Origin: Phoronis australis
Taxonomy: Eukaryota > Animalia > Phoronida
Reading direction: 5' to 3'
Assembly: GCA_002633005.1 (NCBI GenBank)
Contig: NMRA01000023.1
Coordinates: 608,621-672,620, forward strand
Length of the DNA: 64,000 nucleotides
Part shown: positions 14,974 through 24,310 of the stretch, in pieces
How the letters are laid out: each line of letters opens with the position of its first letter
Numbering within the stretch: position 1 is the stretch's first letter
Program-made: the position numbers and the translations under genes
Notes under the pieces: generated by a model
What the model was told of the DNA's origin: nothing
Databases searched by the model: none
Seen by the model: only the letters and a program-made list of their open reading frames with translations

Positions 14974-17900
14974 CACACACATATAGTAATGTTCACGATA
15001 GTATCGTACTGAAATTGACTGAGATTAAGCCGAAAGAACTTGAAATTAAACCTGGCAAACTTTCTTTGTTTTGTAAAAGTTCGTCGGGGGCATGGGAAGA
15101 GTTATAAGTGGATACTGGTTACGATAAAAGCACCTATTGAAGAGAGAGACAAGATTATTATTTTTGCTTTTGGTTTTAAATGGACCATCAAAACAGTACA
15201 AACTCGTCCCTTGCAAACAGGCGTCGACGGTAACCAGTTCACCTTGGATTAAAAGGCCCAAACAGTACGAATTCTGCTGGAACATGCGGCCAATAATTGA
15301 CATGTACCACGGCCGGTAGTATTAAAAGAGAAGGGACACCATGTTAAAGTGTATCCATAACTTCTTGTTTTTGCAGGAACTTTCATCTACACGGACAGCC
15401 GCGACGTTGTTCTGCGATTCGTCATTTCGGACGAGACGCCAAGCGCTCAAGGTTTCCGCATAGAGTTCCAACAATGTAAGGAATGAAATACTCCGTAAAA
15501 TGTAGATTTTCATGAAAAAAAATATGATTTCGTTATCTGTCGAAATATTTTGTCTAATCTTCGTACTCGACATTGAACTATTTTAAGCATTTTCCGTTCC
15601 ACTTTTGCGGGAAATCAATGTAAGCAGCTGCTAGTCTGTCCTCTAGTACATTATGGCATACGCGTGTGAATTTCTAGTCCTACCTCGCATTTGACGACCC
15701 CTAGAAACGAGCTACCAACTATAATAAAGACTCGAAATTTTGATTAACTCAAAATACAAAAACTCGTTCCTTTTCGCGATAATGCTGAGGTAATCAAGTG
15801 AAAACAGATTAGACAGCTGTCCAGGTAAGCCATTATGTACTCGAACAGTTATCGTGAGTTAACAGCAATGAAGAACGGAAAATGTCAAATTTGAGTTTTA
15901 AGTACTCAAATTAGACTCCACAATTTTGTGAAAAAGAATAATGCATTGAAGAATCGGCGAAATCAGATTGGCCAACAGATATCGTTCAATTTCATGGCGC
16001 TCAAAATAATTGGCGCACATGATCGTTCCACAATAAGGGACTGGCTAAAGGCATTATTTTCAAAGCGGTAACCAATTTAAAATAATCGAGGAAGAGTGTG
16101 CAAGATGCTGTTTTGCCCACATTCTACTCAGATGGTTCCAAAGCTCTGCGATTCAAAAATAGGACAGAGTTGCTCGCGCAGTGTTCGAATCCCGATGGTA
16201 GTTATTTTTTTCTTATCTTGTGTTCCGTGAGTGCTTCAAGGATTACAGTGTATCTCTTTCATTTGCGACGAAATCGGCTACGCTGGCCTTCGTATTGGCC
16301 CACAAGTTACTTTGTACTGAATTCTTGGTTGGAACAACAACGCAAGAAGCGGTAAATCCTGCCCTCGAAACCAGAACACCCTCATCCCCTCACGGACATC
16401 GGAAACGTTGGGATAACCTCGAGAGCCTAAACAGTATTGATAAAACATTAAAATGGGATAGGATTAACATATTATGTTGTAAAAACCACGGAGAAGTTAT
16501 TTGGAATGGTCTTTAGTTAACTATACATTTGGGAACCGTCAATTCTCGAAATTGTGCATTTTGTGACTTTCACATATTTCTTTACATTTGTAGACTGCGT
16601 TGACAAGTCACTAAAGATGTCATGTGAACAAGCGGATCATTATGGTGTGTATGGTTGAAATCTACAGTGGCGACGACTTAGAGGGGGGGGGGGGCAAGGG
16701 AGCCATGCCCCCCTGAAATTCTCTCATATTTCATTTGAAAGTCGGGGGTGCGAATGTCTGACAAGCAAAATCCTGGCTAATACTCTGCCCCTAACTCAAA
16801 ATCCTGGATCCGCCCCTGATCTAAACAGCATATACAAGATCTTTTGAAAGGAAATTCATAGAGGTGGGGGAGGATTCGTCATGGAAATCAGAACCGTCAC
16901 TGACATCTTGTTGATATTTTGTGAGATGTATGTCCTATAGTTGGTTTGACATACATGTATGAATAAGCCGAGCATTCGCCTAACAAAATATATGTTGTCT
17001 AAGGAAAAGAACCTGAAAGCTTCATTATTTCAACAAATATGTTGTGGGTATTTCAGACAAGTCTACTGGCGGTCGTGTAGTAGTAGTAATAATAACAGTG
17101 TATACATTCAACATTATAATAGCATGGTGATTATATCAAATGTAATACAACTTTTGAAGTATTTTTCAGGAGTGAGGCGCACTTTGATAATAGTTTTCGG
17201 CTCCATTGCTCTTGCGTTGGCAATAATCGCGCTTGGGTTCTTTCTGAGGTGGTATATAAAGAAAGGAAGCCCCACCGACAGCGAACGAGGTACAGTTAGA
17301 CGCATGCGCGTAGATTTTGTGAGGGATTATTTTGTTGCTGGGTATTACATGTTTGGTCTGTTCCCAAGCAAAAGCTTACTTTAACAAAATATATTTGAAC
17401 CAAAATGCATCCAGAGAGTCACATATTTGTCCGTGGTTGATTACCTGCAGCCTGGTTAATCAAAAGTTGTAAGTCTTGTTTTCAGTTAGCTAAGACGGTC
17501 ATAACTTCGATTTTAATTTGCACACACACCATTAGAATGGCTAGTGGATACTGAAAGCGGTCATTAAATTTGTTATCACCAGGATATGGAAATTTGCCAA
17601 CTTTACGTCACTTGCCACGTTGACTCTCTTCTTCAAACGGAGTGTCACGTTTGTATGGACTTGGCTATTACCGCCTTTGCTTCGACTTGCCTTTGATAAA
17701 AAGGGCACCTGGGTTTCTGAGCTCATTACCTACAATAGTTGTGTTCGGTGGTGGCATATCTGAACAACACTGTGTGGGATTTTCAAGGCATTGGCCAAAT
17801 TGAACCGATGACCTCGGTTACCTTATGTTGGCGCAGTTTCAAATCTGGAAGAGAGCTAAGCTGAGTTCCATAATGCTCAAGATATTAGGTCGCACGTGCA

Positions 17901-18582
17901 ACGAAAAGTCTTATCAAGCGAAAGCAGTGAATTCAGTTCCATATTTCAACATCCCAACCTCACCGACCAATCACTTCAGTGGGCGCCATTTTGTTCGGAT
18001 AGACCAGCATTCTTTTGAACATACTTTTCACTCACGTGGTTTTGCGAGATCTTGGTTTTCTCGCTAGAAACCTGATTAATGAACGCTTCCCAGATCGGGC
18101 TAGACTCGACGACGGGGTGTAAATGATGTTTCAACTTGGGGTAGATACAAGCGCTTTTACAGTAGACAGCTAGGCATCACCTTCGTTTCTGGTCAAATCG
18201 ATGCGTTCTGTCGGTCTTTGAATTGAACCAAAACTGCCATTTCAAATATTCAGTTCTCTCATTTATTCCTGTTGTTGACTCATCCCAGTTTTTTATTTGG
18301 TCACACTTTAATTAGCCTAGCGAGTAGCCGGGTTCCACAACTTAAACGACCTTTCGATCTTTATTGACATGGAAAATGTCCCTGTTTATTAACATTCAGT
18401 TGAAGAATGTTTAAATGTGTTAAAGTGGGTTACACATCGGGATCCTTAACACTCAAAGTTCAACAAAATTTGCTTTCCCTCGTCGTAGCTGATGGTGAAC
18501 GTAATTATTTGAGCTATCACTTGAACAATTGATCAGTGCCATCTCATTTGAAACAAGCCTTCAAATACAACAACACAGGTGA
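7723..18582 (+). CDS. Multi-exon gene: type I single-pass membrane protein with divergent CUB-like domains, a degenerate LDLa-like motif and a short cytoplasmic tail (5' end unresolved)
   Basis: GT-AG exons, most in phase-compatible runs: 8254-8372, 9143-9250, 10331-10470 (GHVTSPGWPANFP, CUB N-terminal signature), 10918-11020, 11089-11161, 11619-11659, 15377-15475 (VVLRFVISDETPSAQGFRIEF, CUB C-terminal signature), 16132-16197, 16594-16644, 17170-17289 (TM), 18489-18582 (stop). Tentative exons: 7723-7783 (hydrophobic, signal-peptide-like), ~10095, ~14313, ~15221. Some linking exons are unresolved. Confidence 0.65.
8254..8372 (+). CDS. Exon of CUB-like membrane protein (PYEDAPYNNYTYRLL...MVLTFSSFQLLPTDYVK)
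   Basis: tttag acceptor, AAG|GTAACG donor; 'L.F..F.L...DYV' CUB-like pattern. Confidence 0.7.
9143..9250 (+). CDS. Exon of CUB-like membrane protein (IKDNSSRLLAEFRG...)
   Basis: Pyrimidine tract plus cag acceptor, GTAAGT donor; phase 0 matches the previous exon. Confidence 0.7.
10331..10470 (+). CDS. Exon: start of a CUB-like domain (KGHVTSPGWPANFPP...KINLTIT)
   Basis: cag acceptor, ACG|GTGAGT donor; G.xTSPGWP.N signature. Confidence 0.75.
10918..11659 (+). CDS. Three small phase-compatible exons (10918-11020, 11089-11161, 11619-11659) of the CUB-like protein
   Basis: GT-AG boundaries join without stops through phases 0, 1, 2, 1. Confidence 0.55.
11310..11410 (-). repeat. Interspersed repeat, copy 1 of 3 (others ~14692-14810 and ~30372-30490 on +)
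   Basis: TCTTGGCAATCGTCTTTATCGCATCTCCCGTTCA is the reverse complement of the GAGA(A)ATGCGATG.AGACG.TTGCCAAGAT block in the other copies. Confidence 0.7.
11415..11568. mobile_element. ~150-bp MITE (CAGTG.CGGAT...ATCCGCCCCTG termini)
   Basis: Imperfect terminal inverted repeats; closely similar copy at 16665-16818; partial related copy from ~52106. Confidence 0.75.
12660..14175. mobile_element. Foldback-like element with >100-bp imperfect terminal inverted repeats and a nested repeat
   Basis: 12660-12790 (ACCCCGGTGTAAGACA...AAAAACACGAACCCCGACCTTTAAAACA) is the reverse complement of 14065-14175 (TGTTTTAAAGGTCGGGTTTCGTGTTTTT...TTTTACACCGGGAT). Confidence 0.6.
13235..13910 (+). repeat. ~670-bp interspersed repeat, copy 1 (copy 2 at ~32055-32710)
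   Basis: Colinear blocks such as ACGTACCGAGAG, TGGCGGATCACATCCT, GAGGAATCGGCGCCTGAGTTGCAGAC and GTCGAGTCGAC are shared with the 32-kb copy. Confidence 0.85.
14692..14810 (+). repeat. Interspersed repeat, copy 2 of 3
   Basis: GTGGAAACTCGACGATTT...TTGCCAAGAT...GTGCCTATCC shared with 30372-30490. Confidence 0.75.
14915..14981. repeat. (CA)n/(CACG)n microsatellite
   Basis: Visible directly in the sequence. Confidence 0.95.
15377..15475 (+). CDS. Exon: C-terminal half of a CUB-like domain (TFIYTDSRDVVLRFVISDETPSAQGFRIEFQQ)
   Basis: Strong ttgcag acceptor and GTAAGG donor; 'L.F.SD.....GF...F' CUB motif. Confidence 0.75.
16132..16644 (+). CDS. Two juxtamembrane exons (16132-16197, 16594-16644) encoding QCSNPDDCVDKSLKMSC, LDLa-like
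   Basis: Phase 1-1 exons; the C....DC.D.S....C spacing resembles the C-terminal half of an LDL-receptor class A repeat. Confidence 0.55.
16665..16818. mobile_element. MITE copy with apparent 5-bp target-site duplication ATCTA
   Basis: aaATCTA|CAGTGGCG...GATCCGCCCCTG|ATCTAaac; inserted 20 bp after an exon donor. Confidence 0.75.
17170..17289 (+). CDS. Transmembrane exon (LIIVFGSIALALAIIALGFFL followed by RWYIKK)
   Basis: tttcag acceptor, GAG|GTACAG donor; ~21-aa hydrophobic helix followed by basic stop-transfer residues. Confidence 0.75.
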
Positions 18583-19682
18583 AAACCTTTATTCTTTTGC
18601 AGCATATTTGATCCAGTAAGCTGGGATGTGTTTCAAAGACTGCCTGTAGATAGCTAAGGGGCAACTACGGACGTTTACTGAAGAAAACACTGTTGGAACC
18701 AACAACGATGATCCATGGACCAGCGAGTGAATTTCACAAAAAGTACTATAGCTAAAGTGTTGCTCTTGCGAAATCTTTTCACACTGATGTGTAACAGTAG
18801 CTCCAGACGAAAAATAACAACAAAACGCAACGGATGACAGTGTTCTGAAATCAATAATATGGATGCAAGGATTGAATACTGTTCCAGAATAGAGTACAAC
18901 GTAACATAACCTTACACGAGGTACACCTTTGCAAATGTCTACCTCAAGGTACTTTTTGAAGAGCCGTTTACAATACCGAGCTGATGAGATAGAGTCCTCT
19001 AATCCAGAATCCCGAAAATTTCACGTAGGCGATCGTCTGCTCGATCAACTAGCAGTTGTTTTGATTAGATGCTATAAGTTTACTGGTATATAAGATAATA
19101 ATTGCTTGACAGACAACGAAAATTAAGCAACCTCTACCGCACATATTATATCTACGTCTGCTGTCGGAACTGCTCGGTATGACCGCCGTCCCTCAATCCT
19201 TTGTCCATATGACGTCTTTCGGTTCCCGTAAAAAGAAATTCCAAGTACTGCTCGGGTGATCACTAGATAATAGATACACATGAAAATGGACGAAATGCAT
19301 CGGTATTTGAAACAGCATGCCTGGTTTTCTAAGTGACCATAAACAATACGTCAAAGGAAACACCAAGCCAAGGTGTTAATGCACTGCACTTTAATAGAGA
19401 CTCGTCTAAAAAACTGACCGATCAAACTCAAACTCACATTTTCCACATTATGATCGGTCAATTTTTAGCTGAGTTTCACTTAAACGTTTATACTCTATTA
19501 CACCCCAAGAAGCAGTGACCTCCAAGGGTACAAGCAAAATAAAAGTAAATCAGAAAAAGTTGATGCCTATGAAAAACATTCTCACCAATGCACAAAGCAA
19601 TCGTTTAGTGTATTTTAAATGTTACTGAATGTTACCAAAATGTAAGTATTTATGAAATCTACGACATTAGTCTGATCATAAT

Positions 19683-19698
19683 TTTATTGTGCAATAAA
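19683..19698. terminator. Palindromic pair of polyadenylation signals (TTTATTG-TG-CAATAAA) between convergent genes
   Basis: AATAAA on both strands within 16 bp; ~220 bp past the CFAP97D2-like stop and ~1.1 kb past the putative CUB-gene stop. Use is inferred. Confidence 0.4.
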
Positions 19699-19915
19699 GC
19701 AATGTTACACTTTTGACGTATCTGTTTTTCTTTTATAAGCCACTTAATTCTTGTTCTAATGACACTTCTGTACTTCTTTTAGACATGTGTATACAAGTAT
19801 CTATCGTGTTGTGTATAGCCCAAACTGAAAATTGAGGGGACAATGAAGAGCAAAGTTTCGTGAAAGTGTTATATTGTAAGGAAGCATTTCTATTGAGAAA
19901 TCTCGTAGGCCGAAA

Positions 19916-21601
19916 TCAGTCATTCTGAGTGTTCTCCGATTGATTTGCCGCGTCTGTGGTAGCAGTTGCTGAGGTGGCGGTAAAGCCGCTTTCAGACGAA
20001 AACACCCCGGTTTTGTCTGGTTGCGTAACCGATGGAGACACATTTGACTTCGATTTTGATTTCTCCGTTGAACTGAACGATGTCGTATCAGATCCGCCCT
20101 TTCCTGTCACTGACTTTTCTCCAGAGTCCGAGGGCTGTAACGTTGATGTCGGGTGGTTGCTTTTTAAGTCTTTTTCTGATTCGACTTCGCTCGACGTATC
20201 TTTATCAGATCCCTTACTCGAAAGCGACTTGTTCCTTGGTTGTTCTTTCTCGGATAGCGTTATTTCATATGACTGCTTCATTACCTCATCGTCTTCGGAA
20301 ATTTCGCCAGTCGTACCTACCTTGTCGTCTGTTTTAGTCGGGGATTTTGGTTTGCTATCAGGCTCTTCGCCTGACGCGTCAGTGTCCTCTCCACTTTTAC
20401 CCGATCTTTTTTTCGGAACGTTACTTAAATGAACGGATGACACCTTGGAAGATTTTCCCGACGTTTCGCGGCTACTTGAGCTGTTTTTACCTCGTTCTTC
20501 GGCTGACGCTTCAACAACTTGTTTGCTGGGAGACTTTGCTGATGGTGACCCAGCGGGAGTTACTTCCTTATCACCGCGCTTTTTCGCTCTTTCTGGAGAA
20601 GTGTCAGTTTCTGATTTTTTGGACGACTTCCCAGAAGTTGCGCGGCTACTGCTGCTACTTTTGTCTTTTCGTTCAACTTTCTCCTTCTTATCCCCTGATT
20701 CTTCTGTAACATTTCCACTGCGTTCCTTTGTCGCCGAGCCTTCTGTACTAGGTGACTTTCTACCACGCGAACTCTGATCATCACTGGTACCCTTTTTACC
20801 AGGTGATTTACGGCCATCGTCTGACAGATTTCCAGATTTATGAGTGGCTGATTTTCGACTTTCCCTGTCACTCTGATCATTCTCTGACTTGTCAAAGCCC
20901 TGGGCAGAAGGCGGACGTCTTGCCTTTTTGCTCTCTGCCGAGCTGACGCGGCTAGAAGATTTGCCTGAAGCTGCTCTGGATGGCGGTTTACTCCCTTTCG
21001 GGCTCTCGGGTTTTCTATCTTCGTTCGAAGCACGGGAAATAGACTTTGGGACAGTTTTCGTTTCGTCGGCAGACTCCGACCGAGATTCACGTTTTTCAAG
21101 CTGTTGTTCAATATCACGACCTTCTTCCATTCTGGGACTCTTCCTGGATTCCTCCGATGCTTTTGCTGACGCCACACGGCTCCCTATGCAAGACGTACGT
21201 GACTGCTTGCCCGAAGACCCGCTGTGTTCATCTTCTTTAGACCTTGACGCGCTTGGTTGTTGCTGGTCTTGATTCTGCTGTTGTTCATTTTCAGGAGTGG
21301 TATGAAACGTTTCAGAGCCCAACACAGCGGAAGGAATGGTGGAAAGCAAATTCCCAGTGTTTTCCATTATGCGAACAGACTTTGTCCCTTTGCTTTTCTG
21401 TTTCTTAATCTTTGGCGCTGCGTTTATGTCTGCATTTATAGAACGTCTCATGATACTCAACATTTGCGGGGTTATGTTTGTTGAATCCCGTCGCAACTTT
21501 GTGCTTGAAAGTGGCTTCGGACGACCCATGGGCGCAGATATGTCCACCCGAAGAACTGTAGAATTGTCGAAATTTTTTTCGAGTTTCTTAAGGTTCCTTT
21601 T
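19916..21601 (-). CDS. Terminal exon of CFAP97D2-like gene: 561-aa S/K/E/R/G-rich, probably disordered tail
   Basis: Only long ORF in the window. The acceptor gtattttcag at 21602-21611 gives a phase-0 join to exon 22854-23046. Confidence 0.8.
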   Translation of the reverse strand, partial: KRNLKKLEKNFDNSTVLRVDISAPMGRPKPLSSTKLRRDSTNITPQMLSIMRRSINADINAAPKIKKQKSKGTKSVRIMENTGNLLSTIPSAVLGSETFHTTPENEQQQNQDQQQPSASRSKEDEHSGSSGKQSRTSCIGSRVASAKASEESRKSPRMEEGRDIEQQLEKRESRSESADETKTVPKSISRASNEDRKPESPKGSKPPSRAASGKSSSRVSSAESKKARRPPSAQGFDKSENDQSDRESRKSATHKSGNLSDDGRKSPGKKGTSDDQSSRGRKSPSTEGSATKERSGNVTEESGDKKEKVERKDKSSSSSRATSGKSSKKSETDTSPERAKKRGDKEVTPAGSPSAKSPSKQVVEASAEERGKNSSSSRETSGKSSKVSSVHLSNVPKKRSGKSGEDTDASGEEPDSKPKSPTKTDDKVGTTGEISEDDEVMKQSYEITLSEKEQPRNKSLSSKGSDKDTSSEVESEKDLKSNHPTSTLQPSDSGEKSVTGKGGSDTTSFSSTEKSKSKSNVSPSVTQPDKTGVFSSESGFTATSATATTDAANQSENTQND

Positions 21602-24267
21602 CTGAAAATACAAACGTTAGTAGCTTGCTTGCTGTTATGCTCACCGGAAATTAGATAACGTTAGTTTTCAGTGTTGTCATCATCGAAGGATATCTTTCGA
21701 CATGAAGGTTCACGTGTCGAAAGAAAAAGACGCGTGCATTGTTCTTTAAAGTCTGTAAGCGGACGTCTACGTAAGACTCAATTCTAATAGTTTCACAAAC
21801 TTGAAAACATAAAATATGCAAGAGAAAATAAGGTACACGGAGCTCATTAATTATTTAACACAATAAGTAGGGCCCAGTTTTACTAGAGTACCCAAACCAC
21901 ACAGAACCTTTCCCCTAGTCAATGTGGGTCCGAGGACTAATTCAAAGCTACCTGAACTTATCTATAGCAGGCATAGTCATTGAGGACCTCTTTGCATACC
22001 GGCTGATGTTACCTTTGAGGTATTGGTTTTCACCTTCCCATATTTCTGTGGACGCTTGAGTATTAGTACCGAATTAAAGATTCAGGTTCAGTCACTATAA
22101 GCCGAAATTTTCGGGCTATAATTGAAAGCAAATCATTGAGCTCAAACTGGATTTTGTTTTACATTTTCCTCTCTAATATATTTAGCACGACGTAAAATGT
22201 CTATTGGAAACATGGTTTTTAACCCTAGCTTGCATTTGATGGCAGCATCATTGTGCTCATAAGTTGGAGTCTGAGCTCGAAATCTCGACTTTGAACTCGT
22301 GCTTGTCACTCGATCCTAGGGGTCTTCATGTGCCAACCTGGAGTAGAAACTCGTCTTTGTTAACCATAATATACTCCAGCACATATGGTTATACACCCCA
22401 ATTCGCATTAATGAAGACAAACGGTAAATGTCAACGAGAACTTGTAGTTTGAGGTCAGGGATAAGACCCCGGGCCCAGCAGGTCCGTTGTGCACGTGAAC
22501 TTAAAATGGAAACCGGACATTTTCTGTTTTCTCATTTTTTTCTGTTTTTACATTTTGATATAGAATACAGTGGAGGAACGTACACCTACATGCTAATAAT
22601 ATAACAATTTTACAACGACTCGAGTCAAATTGTGCCTTTACAGACACCTTAAAATTGTTGAATCCTTGTTTCTCACCAGTTTGTTATAAATTGTTTGGAA
22701 TTGACGCTAAACAAGGTATTACGAGTATTCAAGAGGGTTTGAAAGTTGTCAACAAACACCCTCAACTGTCCTACTCGCCAAACTCAAATGCAACAAGTTT
22801 TTATCGACCTGCAACTCCGCTTGTGGTAAATACATAAAAGTGATGGTTCTTACTTCATCCTTTTGACGCCACCACCCGTACGGAAAACATGACATGTCGT
22901 TGACGTAGACGATGTGTTTACGAAAATGCTTCTCCCATTCTTCTCGTCTTATAGTGGCTGGTTGGGTGGTCAGTATTCGCTTCAAGATGGCGCGGTTCTC
23001 GTGCGTGATTCGCAGTATCCTCTGCTGGCGCTGAAGCTTATTCAGACTAGCAAGAGAAATATGACAGATATAAAAACAAAATGGGTCGTATTTGTGTCCA
23101 GTCCACTCAAGCGATGTTCGTAGTTCTGCCTAAATAGAAATTGTATTTTCAAACTGACGAACTATTCGAGACCGGTGAAACATAGGCGCGCTCAATGTTC
23201 GTGCCAGTCCGTGTTTATCTGTAATCTCTTGCAGCGGTTGACGGAAACCTTGCCACAGGTGATATAGTTGACGTTTACACCCACCAAAACCACTGTAAGC
23301 TTACCATGACAGTAAACTACAGATACTCAAAATGAGATATCGCGTTCGTCTAAAAAAGCTTCCACGGATACTTAGACATCATAATTATTTGAATGTTCAA
23401 CGTAGGTAGTTAACGGTTACACTTGAAACCGACGTATTAGTGTACTAAATGCAAGGTACGAACTAGCTTCAAAACTAAACGAAACAAAACCCCTCCGCTT
23501 CAGCACATTGTCATTGCTTGCTTAGAGCCGGTCTGAACGTTGGACCCAGTCACCTTTTCGGCACGTAATTATTTCTGTGGTCGACGTAACCCTTTGTTCT
23601 CATGATGTGAGACATCCTTTCCAGTAAGATTCGATTGTTTCGTTCAACAAGTGCGAGGCGCTCTTCTTGTACCTACATGTGAGATATGCACGATTCCTCA
23701 GTCGGTCTAGAACATTGATGACAATATAAGTACAGTGTACGCGCATCCTATCGCGGCAGGATACGGAAACTTGACATTATTGTACTGTTCGAACAACAGT
23801 AAGCAAGTTGTGTATGTACATTTCGGACATAAACCTCTAGGTCACTTTTCATGAAGCTAATCTTGAAATATATCGTGAAGCCGAACACGTCATTATAATT
23901 AGTTAGAAAAACATTGGTCAGCCCCCTCCCCCCTCCGGCATACCGTTTTAATGCCTACAGTGTATGCATAAATTGTTGCTTGATGTACAGTTAGGCCTAT
24001 GATAGGCAGAAAAGCATCGAATCATATAGGACATAATCAATGAGAAATTCACTCGTAGATTCCAGACCACAATCCCCAGTTCATTGGATCACGCGATTTC
24101 CTAATCTGCGAGTCCACATTAAGCATTTCTGGAAAAGGCAAGACGAAGTTTTTTTACTTGTTACCTGAAGAGACCTTAGCTTGACTTGGAGATGCACGAA
24201 AGCAGGGGGCGCCTTATCGTCTACACTGCTCTTCACTAAAAGTACGCAAAATAGAAGATGAGTACTA

Positions 24268-24310
<43 letters not shown>

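Noticed and set aside
19956-21605. Several + strand and alternative-frame ORFs overlapping the large exon
   Set aside because: Shadow ORFs of a low-complexity coding exon; no independent splice or motif support.
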